DNA from: Felis catus
Taxonomy: Eukaryota
Assembly (NCBI RefSeq): GCF_018350175.1
Contig: NC_058368.1
Span: 3,968,001-4,032,000 of the forward strand
DNA: 64,000 nucleotides
Direction of reading: 5' to 3'
Part shown: positions 37,550 through 49,244 of the stretch, piece by piece
Layout: every line of letters begins with the position of its first letter
Position numbering within the stretch: position 1 is the stretch's first letter
Program-made: the position numbers and the translations under genes
The notes under the pieces: model-generated
What the model saw: only the letters and a program-made list of their open reading frames with translations
What the model was told of the DNA's origin: nothing
Database searches by the model: none

Positions 37550-40500
37550 ACAAGAACCCAGCCCAATCTCCTTGCAAACACGCTGACGACAGACCTCTGG
37601 GCAAACACACTCATGCTGTTTGCTAGCCGAGGAGTCTAGTGGAGGCTTCAGAACTTGATTATAAATAAACCTGGAATTTACAGATTTATGAAACACAACG
37701 TCCTGAAAAACTCACAAGCTACTGAACTACCGGAGAAAAACGTGTACGTGTTTTATGACCGTGTAGGTGCCGGCCTTCGCGCATCATTCCCAGGCCACCT
37801 CCGCTAACTCTAGGCCCAGGTGTGCCCTAACACAGCACGAACAGACCCAGCAGGAAGAGCGGGGAGTCCGACCCTTCTCCAGCCTTCCTTCACCATGTCT
37901 CTTAATTAACCACATCCTTGAAATCCTTACTGCTGGGACACTGGGTGAGATCTCCTCATTCTTATGCACCTGATTTGACAGACTGAGTCTTTTGTCATCT
38001 GGTTATATAAAAATATAAGAACAAGAATAAGGTGGACTGAAAAGTTCTCATTTGCAAAACTAAGTATCAATAAAGGGGAACAAAACTAAGATCCAAGATG
38101 ACACCAGCTAAGACAATATTCACATCTGAACATAAAAGACAAGCTCAAATATGCAAGAACATGTAGGGCCCTCAACAAATATTTGTTAAATTAAGAGATC
38201 GGAGATCACTTCTACCTACTTTTATGTGGCCAAGTTTATTTTAAATCGGCTAATCTGATAATGCTTTCAAGAGCCCATCTACGTATACAGCTGACCCTTG
38301 AACAACACGGGTTCGAACTACACAGATTATACATGGATTTTTTTATAAGTTCTAAAAATGTATTTTACTTTTCTTATCATTTTCCTTACGTTTTCTTTCC
38401 TCTAGTTTACTGTAAGAATACAGTATAGAATATATATAGCATACAAAATATGTGCTAACCGACTGTTTATGTTACAGATAAGATGTTCTGGTCAACACTA
38501 GGCTATCAGTGGTTAAGTTTGGGGGGAGTCAGAAGTCATAGAGGGATTTTTGACCGCACGGGGTCAACAGCCCTAACCCCCATGTCCCCCCAGAGTCCAC
38601 TGTACTTGATTCGGTTAAATAATTTTTATCTCAAATACTTTTTCAAATGAGGTAAAGTCAAGGCTGGAAGCAAAAATCCTAGATGCTGGGTCGGAGTTTG
38701 AAGCAAAATACTTCTAGGATCTCCTCACACTGTCCCCTTCGTGCCTCTAAGGTACACACATAATGACTAATACCAGTGTGACACCAGCCGTAAAACATTA
38801 TCACACAGAGGAGCTCTCTTCACCCACAAAATCACCGGGAGGCAGGTTTTGTTCTTATTACCATTTACAGGAGAGCAGACTGAAGCGAAGCGGGGCCAGG
38901 CCGTCCGCTCGGTCACGGTGAGTGAGCAGGTGGATCGGAGCGGCCGCCAGGCGAACCGGTGCCCGGGGGAGATGTGCCAGGGGGTGGGCCCGTGCGGGAC
39001 CAGGACCTGAACCAAAGACCCTCCCTCCGATCCACGCCCGGTATCTTCCAACCACGGCTACAGGATCAGGAATGCCAGAACCAGGACGCCTGACCCGGCA
39101 GCCGTCATCATGAAACCGGACGACGGCAGAGGGGCCTCCTGCCCCCATCACCGAGGGAGGAGCAGCCCGGTCCACACGGGCAGCCGCCAGGCATGGCAGG
39201 TCTCCTTGCGCCTCGTCACATGACACACACGTGCAACCTGCCTGTCCCAGGTCTGACCAGAGAACGATATATCAGCTCTAGTAAGTGTTAACTATATAAC
39301 GTTTACGTAGTTAACAACAGTTTTGATCACCCTCCTAAATCCTAAAACATGTTTTCAAAAATAGAGGGCCTGCACCTCTTTAAAATATATTCAGGGATGT
39401 CAGAATCAATCCTTGTTATTTTCAATAACTTTCTACCATGTATAGTCATACACAGTCACACATGTCCTCCGTCTGACTTGTAAGTTGCACTCAAAGTTAT
39501 GAACGTTCTCTTGAACACAGCACGTCCCAGAGCAGGACCGAGGTGTCTGGGGTCTATTGGTCACGGTTATCTTACTGTCTTACCTTTCGTTGTCCTTATT
39601 CCCTTGTCTCCTTCAAGCCCTCTTCCCACCCACATCAATCAATAACCGATTATCGATTCTTACCCTGATACTGTGCCATATCTTTTGACCAAAGAGTCTC
39701 CGTTCCATACTGAGTTTCATCGTATAAAAATTTAACTTCTGTGGCCCCTGCATCTTCTGCGTTCTGAATTAATTCCTAATCAAGAAAATACACCAAAAAA
39801 TAATATTTAATAACACACAATCTATTGCCCATCTTTGAACTTCCCATACTATTTAAAAAGTAATTACATTTCAGTCACAGAAACCAACGACCGCATCACT
39901 ACCTTTAAATCCGGTGGGGACATGACCGCAAGTAACTGTCACACGCATATGAGAGCACGGTTGAGAGCTCGTGAGTCCCTCTCCAATGACACACTTAACA
40001 TGCAACCTTTCACTTGCCATCTCCTGTCCCCCAGTACAGATCCTGACACTGTTTACAACGCTGACTTACAATCTCTACAAGCCTTCATTCAAAAGAAATG
40101 ACTCCACCTCTGAAAGGCGCACGGGTGGTTCTGGTTCTGGGACGGGCAGCTTGTTCTCAAGCAGCTACCAAAGACAGACCTTTATTTACCAGTCCCTTAC
40201 CAAACCCACCTCTTCTGAGAAAAAATGTATTGGTTCATATGTACCGCTTAGTAGTCTGCATGCTTGAGAAGTTGCAATCTGACCCTGTCTTTCTCCTGCA
40301 CTGAAGCTAAAAGCTTCTTCACAGTCAGGGCTGACTCATTCCTTTCCCATAAAGAAGGCAGCAATGTTATTTGTTTGGCGGATTTGTTTCTGCAACGCAG
40401 AAAGGAAAGAGGAAACTACAAGGCTTACACGCCCATCGGTAGTCCCCCCAAAATCCTTTTCCTCAACAGCCCCAATCACTCTGGCGTGCCCACCAAAAAC

Positions 40501-43500
40501 GTCTTGGGCTCTGGTCCATCTGAAGGGAGCTCTGCCAGACTCTGAAATAGGAGTCCAACTCTTAAAGCCAACACCGGCATCATGCATCTAAAGTAAGGAA
40601 AAGGCAACAGATGACAACTCCTGGATGAGCTCTGACACAGACTAAACCAAATCAACTGGTTTCATTTTTGATGGATGGGTCTTTAAAACACAGTAATTCA
40701 GTCTGTAATATTCGCCCTGAAGGAGAGGAGGGAGCAGTCAAGGATGGACGAGAAGTGAAGAGAGCTTATACTGATCCCATGGCAATGCCAACAGCAAAGC
40801 CTTTATCACGTAGGGAAGAGATACGGTGCCCACGGGACACGACACCACCATGGCCGAGTGAGGGGACACAGCAGAAGTGGAGAGCTAATTCTGAGACCAG
40901 GGATGGCGTCAGGGTTCACCCAATGCACACCGAAAGGTGGGGGGATCTTAATCCCACCTGCTGTTCAACCCCAAACACGAACATTTGAACCATGCCCTTA
41001 GCTACCTCCTTATCGTCTACAAATTCCTCCTATTTACGCAAGTGTCTATTTCTAAAAAGATTTTCAAGACCTATCCCTACCCTATTCAATCTAAAAGAAT
41101 CCCTAAAACATAGCAATCTTATTTACATTAGGAAATTATAATATAAAAGACAGAAATAAGAATTTTCGGTAGCAAAATACAACGTTCACCTACAAAACGA
41201 ATAGCACTTTAGAAGCTGGATCTTGTTTCCATTTGGATATCTGTGAGTGATTTCTGTGTATTTTAGGGAGCAGAGAGGAGGAACACTGGAGATAAAACCT
41301 GTTAGGTCCCAGGCCCCAACTAACAGTCTCAAGTTGAACAAAAAATAGGATGGGATGCTTTTTGTCAGGGGATCCCTTCCAAACTAATTCTGAGAAGAGG
41401 CAATAAATGTGCCAATTTGCATATGATCTTGGGCAAGTCACTAAACTACGTCCAGACTTGTTCCAGCAAACATCACAGAGGACAGTGACCCGAGTGTAGG
41501 CAATTTCTATGATTCCTATTAATTAAATCTCTAAGTGCCGAATTCGACCACAATATCCAAAGAACAGAGATGATATGGAGCCGGCTCGCACACAAATGCA
41601 CGCAGTAAGGAGAGCGAAGGACCGCGGGCTGCTTGCCAACTTTAAGGTGTACAAAGACCTCGCCCAAACCCCTGCCCTGTGTCCCCTCAGTCCCCAGTCA
41701 CTTGCTTCTGAACTGACGAGCCCCTACTCCCATTACCGCCAACTAAATCTTCACTTAAAGTCGCTTAGCTTTGGGGCACGTGGGTGGCCCAGTGGGTTAC
41801 ATGTCCGACTCTTGGTTTCGGCTCAGGTCATGATCTCACAGTTCGTGAGTTTGAGCCCCACATCGGGCTCTGTGCTGACAGCACGGGGCCTGCCTGTGGT
41901 TCTCTCTCTCCCTCTCTCTCTCTGCCCCTCCCCTGCTCACTCACTCTCTCTCTCTCTAAAAATAAATAAACTTGAAAAAAATTTTAAATGGATTCTATTC
42001 ACCTCTGTCTACCCCCTGACAACCCACACTTTTCCCATACTGTCCGAGCATCTTGAAATAAAATAGTTTCCAAGCTCACTTTCTGTGAACCACTGAAGGT
42101 TCTGTGAACCTTCTGTGAACCTATGCTGAAAGATGACCTTAATTTGCTCCAACATACCGTCATTAAAATCACCAACGATGGGAGCAATCTGCAACCAGCA
42201 CCTTTCCAAGAACAACTACTTAAGTTCAATTAAATACACCTAATCCTTACTTTCTAGAAACTTACCACCCAAACTAAAACATATAATGAAGACCAGGATA
42301 TGAAAGGCAATAAACATTAAAATAAATTAGGGGGGAGAAAAATGCATAATAGTTGATCTACTTTTACAGTTAATTGAGGAGGTTTCTTATGAAGCTTAAA
42401 CACCAAATAATTTTTGCAGGTTCTTCTATTAGTGCTTTCTTTTATGGTTGTTTGGTTTTTTGGTTTTTGGTTTTCAGTGAGTGTATTCAAACTAAAAGAA
42501 TACACTGTAAATAGAAATAAACAACTAAAACCATTTTGTAGCAACGTGGATGGAACTGGAGAGTGTGATGCTAAGTGAAATAAGTCCTACAGAGAAAGAC
42601 AGATACCATATACTCTCACTCTTATATGGATCCTGAGAAACTTAACAGAAGACTATGGGGGAGGGGAAGGAAAAAAGAAAAAAAAAAGGTTAGAGAGGGA
42701 GGGAGCCAAACCATAAGAGACTCTTAAAAACCAAGAACAAACTGAGGGTTGATGGGGGGGGGGGGGGTGGGGGTGGGTGATGGGCATTGAAGAGGGCATC
42801 TTTCGGGATAAGCACTGGGTGTTATACGGAAACCAATCTGACAATCAATTTCATATTTAAAAAAAAGAAGAAGAAGTAAACCTCTTTCTAAACCCAGGGG
42901 TCAAATGTGCTCATGGCCCCTGAATGTGGGTTTGCATTATTTTGTCCATTCGGTCAACCAGTTGGTTTGCAGCGGCCCCACACGATGTTCCACAAAAGTT
43001 ATAAAATTACATTATGTATTTACATAAGATTATTGAAAAAAGCGTTCCTAGAGCCACACTGTGCTTGACTACAGCACCCAGCAACCGAGCGGGCTCCTTT
43101 GCCTCTGAACCCTCGCGTCCTTACGACGGCCGCACTCACAGCCCGGCCGAGCCAGCAGGCGCGGAGGGAAGGAAGTGCAGCTGTTCAAATCTAGACAACG
43201 TGTTTCAAAAGTCAAACGCCACCGGGACTCCCAACTCTTTTTTTTTGCCAAAGTGAGTTCACACACGTATACAACACACGCCCTTACCTTAAGGATCTGT
43301 CCTCCTTCCGGATATCTTCTTAAAATGTCCTTGAGAAAATCAACAAGCGGTGGGGTTGTTTGACCAAACCGACCTAAAGCACAGAACGCACTTAAAAACT
43401 GATTTTAGAAGAAAAATCCCCCGGCTGTTGCCCACGTGCTGTTTGGTTCCAAGACCTAAGGAAACTTGGACAAGTTATGACTTCACATGTGCTGTTGCAG

Positions 43501-45041
43501 CTCTCGGCTCTGAACGTCTACCTGGCTAGACACAGTACGGAGCAGAGCGGACTCATTTATCAAATCTCCACCTTTTTAATGAAAGTACAAAATTCGGTTT
43601 TTAAAAAAGGCTCACAAACAGACCATATATCACAAAAGATTATTCATTCAAAGACGGAGAGCATGGGGCGGGCTGTCGCCAGGCTCCAAAGCAAGCGAAG
43701 TCGATGGCAGTCTTTTGTGGGTGCTCTTGCCACTAAGAAATAAGCCAGAGATAGTGGCGGCTACTAGGCCATGGTTGATATTCTCAAACCCAACTGACGT
43801 TCTGATTACGCGGAAATCGGCCCAGTCACTGTCCCAATAGCTGTCCAGTTCAAATACCCCTAGGCATTTCCTCACCGAGAGATGCTTAGAATTGACTGAC
43901 CCGGTGACCTTCGGAGAGCTGACAGGGAAGTATAGAGAGGACGGGGAAAGGGAAGTAACTTCTCAGACGCACAGAAAAACACACAAACAAAACTGGGCGT
44001 AAAATAGCGAAATCATCACTACAAATTTATCTGCATCGTCGGGGTGCAGCACCCAGTGGGCCCAAGCCCCAGCAGGACTCTGCTTCGCAGGGTACTATAC
44101 CCCGCACGTTCTCATAGAAAATTTGCTAGCTCCGCCCACCCTGGTTTTCCAGCCTGATACAGCCTCATCACATCCCGTGGAATACACCTTCGTTGCACTT
44201 TTAAAACATAACCGTTATGCAACTAAAAATGGCACAGGCTCCTGGTAAAATCAGTTCAATACCTCCCCCTTTTAAGCCTTTTGATTGAAGGTTTACAAAA
44301 AGATGACAGTTTCTGAAAGTCAGATCTCCAATCTTGATCCAGTCAGATAACTGAAAGAAAAGAAAAGACAAGAAAACAGTGTGTATGAAGAGCAACGTTG
44401 TTCACTCAACACTACCTCCATCATTTTTCTCACTTAAGAAATAATGCTTGTTGACCTTTCTTATTAGGAAATCAGTTACTGTGGAGAAGTGAACATTTCA
44501 AGGAACAGAAATTTAGTCAAAAAGTTTCCTTAAAACCTGACAGGGCTTTTCCTTAACTAATTACAAAACAGATAAAGATACATATCTGCTTTGAAACAAC
44601 GTAAACTTTTAATGATAAATCGGGATCGTCAACATAAACAAAATCTTCCTTTTTACATTTCCAAAATGTACCGCTCAGAAGCCAAGGCCAGATCAACCTT
44701 CTCCCCAGCATTCCTCAAGTGCTAAGATGGGATGACCTCTCACAGGTCAACAGCCTGCAAAAAGTCACCCAAAAGCTCACCTGCAAGAATCTTCCTAACT
44801 TAACACTCCCCAACAGGGTGCGAATGACCTCACTCACCGTATTAAAAAGTCAGTGTTTCCAACTGTCTACCATCATCCCACACAGAGATCCTCCAAGGTT
44901 CCTAAAGCTCAACCCGTCAAAAGTGACCTCACTGGGTTTCCTTCCAAACCCTCCTCTGCTATCTTTTATTGTATATCTCTATTAATAGGGGCACCTTCTA
45001 CCTCTGCACCTCGGAGGGACGCGGGGAGAAGCGCTCGCGCG

Positions 45042-45077
<36 letters not shown>

Positions 45078-45473
45078 TGCTCTCTCTCACTCTCTCTGCA
45101 AACCACATGGCCAATTAACCTTCCAGGTGCTACCAGGTCCATCCCCAATTTCCCTCAGACCTAACTTGCTCTTCTCCGTTTCCAAGTGCTCATGCTCAGA
45201 TTCTCAGTATTTCTTGGATTTTTATGACAATCTCTCATCTGGCCTCCTTACTTTCTGTGTATCATCATTCTAGTCCCCATTTCTAAAACACAAATACATA
45301 TCATTTACATGTATTACATATTATATAGTGTATATATAGTATTATATACTATTATAGTATAGTATATATAGTATTATATACATATAATATATACAATATA
45401 TATAATACTATATGCATGGTATTATATATAATAATTATATATAATTTATATTATAGTATTATATATACGTACG

Positions 45474-45516
<43 letters not shown>

Positions 45517-48462
45517 TCCCACTGAATCTTAAAGCAAGCCTGTAAAAACTAAAAACCCCCTGCACAGGAAATATGAGTAAGAATAATCCTAGCAGTACTG
45601 TTGCTAACCACAATTATTTTAGAAACAACCCCAATTCTGTAACATATTGACAGAGCGGAACATCATCCAGCAATGAAAAAATGGGTTAACTAAGCTGCAC
45701 ATAACTCTGGGTGAATATTCATAACATAATACTGACTTTAAAAAGATAATTCCAAGTTACCACATATAGAATAATAAGCTTATAAAGTTCACAAAGAACT
45801 GAAAGTAAACAGTGTATCACTCAGGTTATAGACTTAGGTTACAGACCCACACATACACATATAGGGACATATATGTTCCTAGGTATACATATGTACACAC
45901 ATAAATATACACACTTATGATAAAACAACTGAAACAACTACAAAAAACGCAACAGAATAATAAATGCAAAGGGGTAAGGGAAAAGAGGCACACGGGCTGG
46001 GGCGGAGAGGAGCACACAGGTAAATACAAACTACCAACAGTGTTCTTCTCCAGTTGGATGATGTCATCAAAGTTGTTCGTTCCATAGTTAGTTAATTAAC
46101 TACTTAATTACTAAGTGAGAGCCATGCATAAACCAAGGATTACTAGTCCAATTTAGCACAGCTGAGGTTTATCTGAAGGAAGAAAGGCAGGAAGGGAGGA
46201 AGGGAGGCAATTTTTAATGCAGGAAGAAGTTTGCAGGTCTTAAAGAGGCCTTGAAGAGGAAGAAGACAGGGTAGAATCGCGTTCGTAAACACAGATGTAA
46301 CTGGCTATGTGAGTCTGACAGCGAATGCTTTTGGTGCAGTGTCATCAGTGACCTGTCTACAGGGAACTGATTCTCCCAAAGAGAAATCGAGCAGCACAGA
46401 TAACTGACCTCAGCAGGGCTCTCAGCTTTCTCCTCCAGAGTCTGCCAAGATTAAGGAATTTGGCTTGGGCCTCTCTCCTTCCTAGACCCTACACCGCTCC
46501 AACCAAGCAAAGTAACATTGGTCCTACTCCTCTCCAGAGGCAATGAAATCTTAAAAGTTGCCCAGTTAAGTATATACAGACTTAGTATATAGACTAGTAT
46601 ACAGACTCCCTCAAAAACTTCAGAGATGATCATTTCCATGGACTATGAAACAACTCTTTCCAAATTACTAAGCAAACAATACGATATTAATTACAACCTG
46701 GATCTCCCGACCCTTCTTCCTTTGTTCAGTTGTCAAGGACACAAGGAGTTGTGAGACTCAAGACTCAAGAGTTGACAGAAAGGACATTTTTGATCAATTA
46801 AAAGACAGGAAAGTCAAATCATGCTTCACACCTCCTGGTTTGAGGCTCGACCACATTCGGTGCAGAGGAAACAGCTATAATGAGACAGTCTCTTCATGAG
46901 ACCGGAGGCAAAGTGAAGAACTTAGAAATTCCACTTCCAGGCCAGGGAAGGCAAAAGAGGGACAAGGACAATGAAGGTGGCGGATGGCCCGGAAAGACTG
47001 AGGACTGAGAAAGTGCCTGATGCCAACTATGTCCCAAACGGACCCAAACCCGTGAGTGACAAGGAGTCCTCAACAGCCTTTGCTTCCTGCTTACCCTGAC
47101 ATATTTAGGATTCCATTATCTCTGGGTCTGACTCAAGGCTTGTGAACTTCCCTGGCGAGACCTTCTGCCTCTCTACATCTACCCCTCTACCCTGCGCACA
47201 TGCACACACGCACATCCATTTGTACCAACTGCCGTAATCATATCTTTCCAAAGCCTCCTGTATATCCTTTCCTTCTAGTTTCACTGTGATAGTCGGTCAC
47301 GATCTAGAACCTCACTAGCTCAGGACAGCACAAGCTTCCTAACCAGACCCCCCCTCACCCAGCCACTCAATCTGAAACTCTCTATGCACCACGGCCACAT
47401 TCACTATCCCGTACCAATGCTTTGCACAGACACCTCCGAAAACACTTCTAGAGGCAAGACTGAGCCACGACTGAGCCTTAGGGTTTGACCACATGTAGGG
47501 GACAAGATGGCAAAGCAGACCCAGAGGAATAACCAAAGTGGGTACAGAACCAGGAGACTATAGACAGGAAAGCTAAGAGACAGAGATGGGCCCAGAGAAA
47601 GAGGTAAGAATGACAAATATTTATAGAAGAATAAGCTTCTTAAAAAGTTCATAATTTGCTCCTCAATTCTGTCCAAAGTCCTCTAACGAGTCACATGTCT
47701 ACGTGCTACCAAATACGTAAGAAGGGCTGAGCTGTGGAGGAACATAAGAACAATTTAACTGTGAACCTGTGTCTAAATGGTCAAGAGACCATGGTGTGGA
47801 CCCAGGTGCACAGACGGTCAAGATTACATTGAGGGATTTAAAAATACCAATGTTTGTACCGGATACAAATCCGATACTTGTAAGGTTATTCTGTGTGGCT
47901 CAGTATTCCTTGTATATCTGTTTAACATTTTTTTTGCCTCTTCTAAATCCTGGAAAGGCTCTTTTATCTTCTAAAAAGTGAAGGTATTTATTAGGATAAA
48001 AGAATGGGTTAATTTTCAGTAAAATGTTTCCATTTAACTCCTTTAAGGAAATTAAGTTTTTTCACAACTTAAAGAATATATAGATCACAATATGAAACAT
48101 TCCCATCTTTCAAAGTTTTGATTGCAGCCATTCATTTGCACCCCAGAAATTTTAATGTGAAAGAATAGTTTCTATAATATAGTCTGAAGATCCTTTGCCT
48201 AAATTTCTGTGATTCAAAACTGGGGGGGGGGGGGTAGGGGGGTGTGTGAAGGTGAGGATTATTCCAGTTAAGTATACAACACAATTAGAAAAATGTGGGG
48301 GCACCTGGATGGCTCAGTCGGTTAAGCCGCGGACTTCAGTTCAAGTCATGATCTCACCGTTCATGATGAGTTCGAGCCCCTCGGGGGGCTCTGTGCTGAC
48401 AGCTCAGAGCCTGGAGCCTTCTTTGGATTCTGTGTCTCCCTCTCTCTCTGCCCCTCCCCCAC

Positions 48463-48520
<58 letters not shown>

Positions 48521-49244
48521 CCCCCTTCCAAAAATAAAAGATTAAAAAAAATTTTAACATAAAAAAAAAGAAAAATCTGACTAATGGTTAAGTCACTTCA
48601 AAACAAGTAAACCAGCACAAAAACCCTCTGGCTACAATGCCCGTCGAAAAAGTACCTTAATTTCAGGAAGTGAAGATTCAGACGAAACGGCGGGCAGGGG
48701 GCAGGGTGACACAACCGCTGAACCGGCAAATCAATTAAAATTGCCACTCACGAGGGGAAACCCCGTGCGCTTTTTGATCGTGTTACTCACAAAGCATCAC
48801 GTCCCGGGTGATCGCTAAATCCACCTCTGCCCTCAACCACGCGAGAATGAAACCCGCCCAGTTTCCCTCTCAGCGAGCCCACTGACTTAGCAAGTGGATG
48901 CGCTACAACCCCGAGCACAGAGGCGGGCCCACCGTCCTACAGGGAGAGGGGACCGGCGCGCCGTACCTCCCTGTCGCCGAGCCACAGCCGCTGCTCCGAC
49001 ACCGGGAAGCCCGTCTCGGCCAAGATGCGCTCCTTGATGTCGCGCACGGTCCAGGACGCCCGGACGGCCACGGTCCTGCAGCCCACGCAGCCGGGGAGGA
49101 CGGTCACCCGGAGCCACCTGTGCAAAAGGCAAAGGGACCTTCAGTGGGGGCCACGTGGGGGCCCTCCCGCGCGGGGTCTCGGGGGGCGGGGAGCCTCGCG
49201 GCCCTGGGCTCGGCCCGGCCCGGGCGGGGTTACCTGTCCCCCAT
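8691..49244 (-). CDS. SACS: Sacsin gene span (UBL, three SIRPT/HSP90-like repeats, XPCB-like, DnaJ, HEPN); 4575 aa if the proximal MGDR start exon is used
   Basis: Join of 49244-49234 (candidate), 49117-48967, 44350-44263, 43373-43288, 39775-39664, 35148-35002, 32380-30898, 30271-30180 and 20248-8691 gives 13728 nt with matching phases and GT-AG introns. The protein is recognisable as sacsin throughout. The 5' end is the only uncertain part. Confidence 0.93.
21327..21367. repeat. (AAAT)n microsatellite
   Basis: About 10 tandem AAAT units. Confidence 0.95.
23808..23833. repeat. Poly-G run (G26)
   Basis: Read directly from the sequence. Confidence 0.95.
25398..25617 (+). mobile_element. Very young SINEC_Fc-like, antisense in SACS intron 9
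   Basis: Intact CpGs and a perfect 13-bp TSD aaataatcacagt (25384-25396, 25618-25630). Confidence 0.96.
28283..28454 (+). mobile_element. SINEC
   Basis: aggcgcctgggtggctcagctggttaac...(CT)n aaaataagtaaa tail. Confidence 0.9.
30180..30271 (-). CDS. SACS: SACS exon 9 equivalent (92 nt)
   Basis: tttag|G TCC CTT ... ACC CGA G|gtatt. Encodes [30 protein letters not shown]. Confidence 0.95.
30898..32380 (-). CDS. SACS: SACS exon 8 equivalent (1483 nt)
   Basis: tttacag|AT GTT CCC ... TAT CCC AG|gtacgg. Encodes [15 protein letters not shown]...YITSEDYP, the body of SIRPT1. Confidence 0.96.
33783..33919. mobile_element. hAT-Blackjack MITE (MER94-like)
   Basis: ~135 bp with inverted termini gtgtgaccctatgtcc / attatatggtcacccta, resembling TAGGGTGACCATA TIRs. 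Confidence 0.65.
34206..34445 (+). mobile_element. SINEC_Fc-like with internal rearrangement
   Basis: gggggcgcctgagtggctcagtcggttaagc head, repeated gttcga B-box segment, A-rich tail. Confidence 0.9.
35002..35148 (-). CDS. SACS: SACS exon 7 equivalent (147 nt)
   Basis: cccgcag|GG CCG ... ACA G|gtagag. Encodes [48 protein letters not shown]. Confidence 0.96.
36225..36385. mobile_element. MIR fragment
   Basis: Core-like ctcagtttcctcgtcagtaaaatacggatgagaacagcacc. Confidence 0.6.
37504..37547. repeat. (GA)n microsatellite preceded by a G run
   Basis: Read directly from the sequence. Confidence 0.95.
38288..38602. mobile_element. Tigger2a-like TcMar DNA transposon relic
   Basis: Left TIR cagctgacccttgaacaacacggg, degenerate right end ...ccctaacccccatg...gtccactg, flanked by TA on both sides (38286-87, 38603-04). 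Confidence 0.8.
39664..39775 (-). CDS. SACS: SACS exon 6 equivalent (112 nt; not in the ORF track)
   Basis: attag|GAA TTA ... TAT CAG G|gtaaga. Encodes [37 protein letters not shown]. Confidence 0.95.
41773..41988 (+). mobile_element. SINEC
   Basis: ggggcacgtgggtggcccagtgggttac...(CT)n aaataaataaa. Confidence 0.9.
42531..42868 (+). mobile_element. 5'-truncated LINE-1 3' end (felid L1_Fc-like)
   Basis: ORF2 C-terminal signature gcaacgtggatggaactggagagtgtgatgctaagtgaaataagtc, G-rich 3'UTR tract, A-rich tail. Confidence 0.9.
43288..43373 (-). CDS. SACS: SACS exon 5 equivalent (86 nt; not in the ORF track)
   Basis: tttag|GT CGG TTT ... CTT AAG|gtaagg. Encodes [28 protein letters not shown]. 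Confidence 0.95.
44263..44350 (-). CDS. SACS: SACS exon 4 equivalent (88 nt; end of UBL domain)
   Basis: tctttcag|TTA TCT GAC ... GGA G|gtattg. Encodes [29 protein letters not shown]. Confidence 0.95.
45042..45096. repeat. Imperfect (CT)n
   Basis: Read directly from the sequence. Confidence 0.9.
45300..45515. repeat. AT-rich low-complexity tract ending in (TA)n(CA)n
   Basis: tatatagtattata-type degenerate repeats followed by a compound microsatellite. Confidence 0.9.
48297..48572 (+). mobile_element. SINEC_Fc-like with a long (CT)n
   Basis: gggggcacctggatggctcagtcggttaag head, (CT)~25, A-rich tail. Confidence 0.92.
48967..49117 (-). CDS. SACS: SACS exon 3 equivalent (151 nt; UBL domain)
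   Basis: ttttgcacag|G TGG ... AGG GAG|gtacgg. Encodes [50 protein letters not shown]. Confidence 0.95.
49234..49244 (-). CDS. SACS: Candidate proximal start exon, coding part (ATG GGG GAC AG = MGDR)
   Basis: Strong Kozak context (gcgATGG), donor CAG|gtaacc, 116-nt intron, and phase 2 matching exon 3. Confidence 0.55.

Noticed and set aside
42081..42122. Three copies of ttctgtgaacc, and similar micro-duplications at ~46570-46607 and ~53745-53765
   Set aside because: Ordinary slippage-type micro-duplications with no further structure.
45020..45056. Possible hairpin gcggggagaagcgc...gcgctctctctctcgc
   Set aside because: The pairing comes from the adjacent (CT)n repeat and is too short and imperfect to call an ncRNA.
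48785..48790. Donor-like GTGAGT on - in intron 3
   Set aside because: Poor exonic context (TTT|) and no supporting acceptor or frame evidence.
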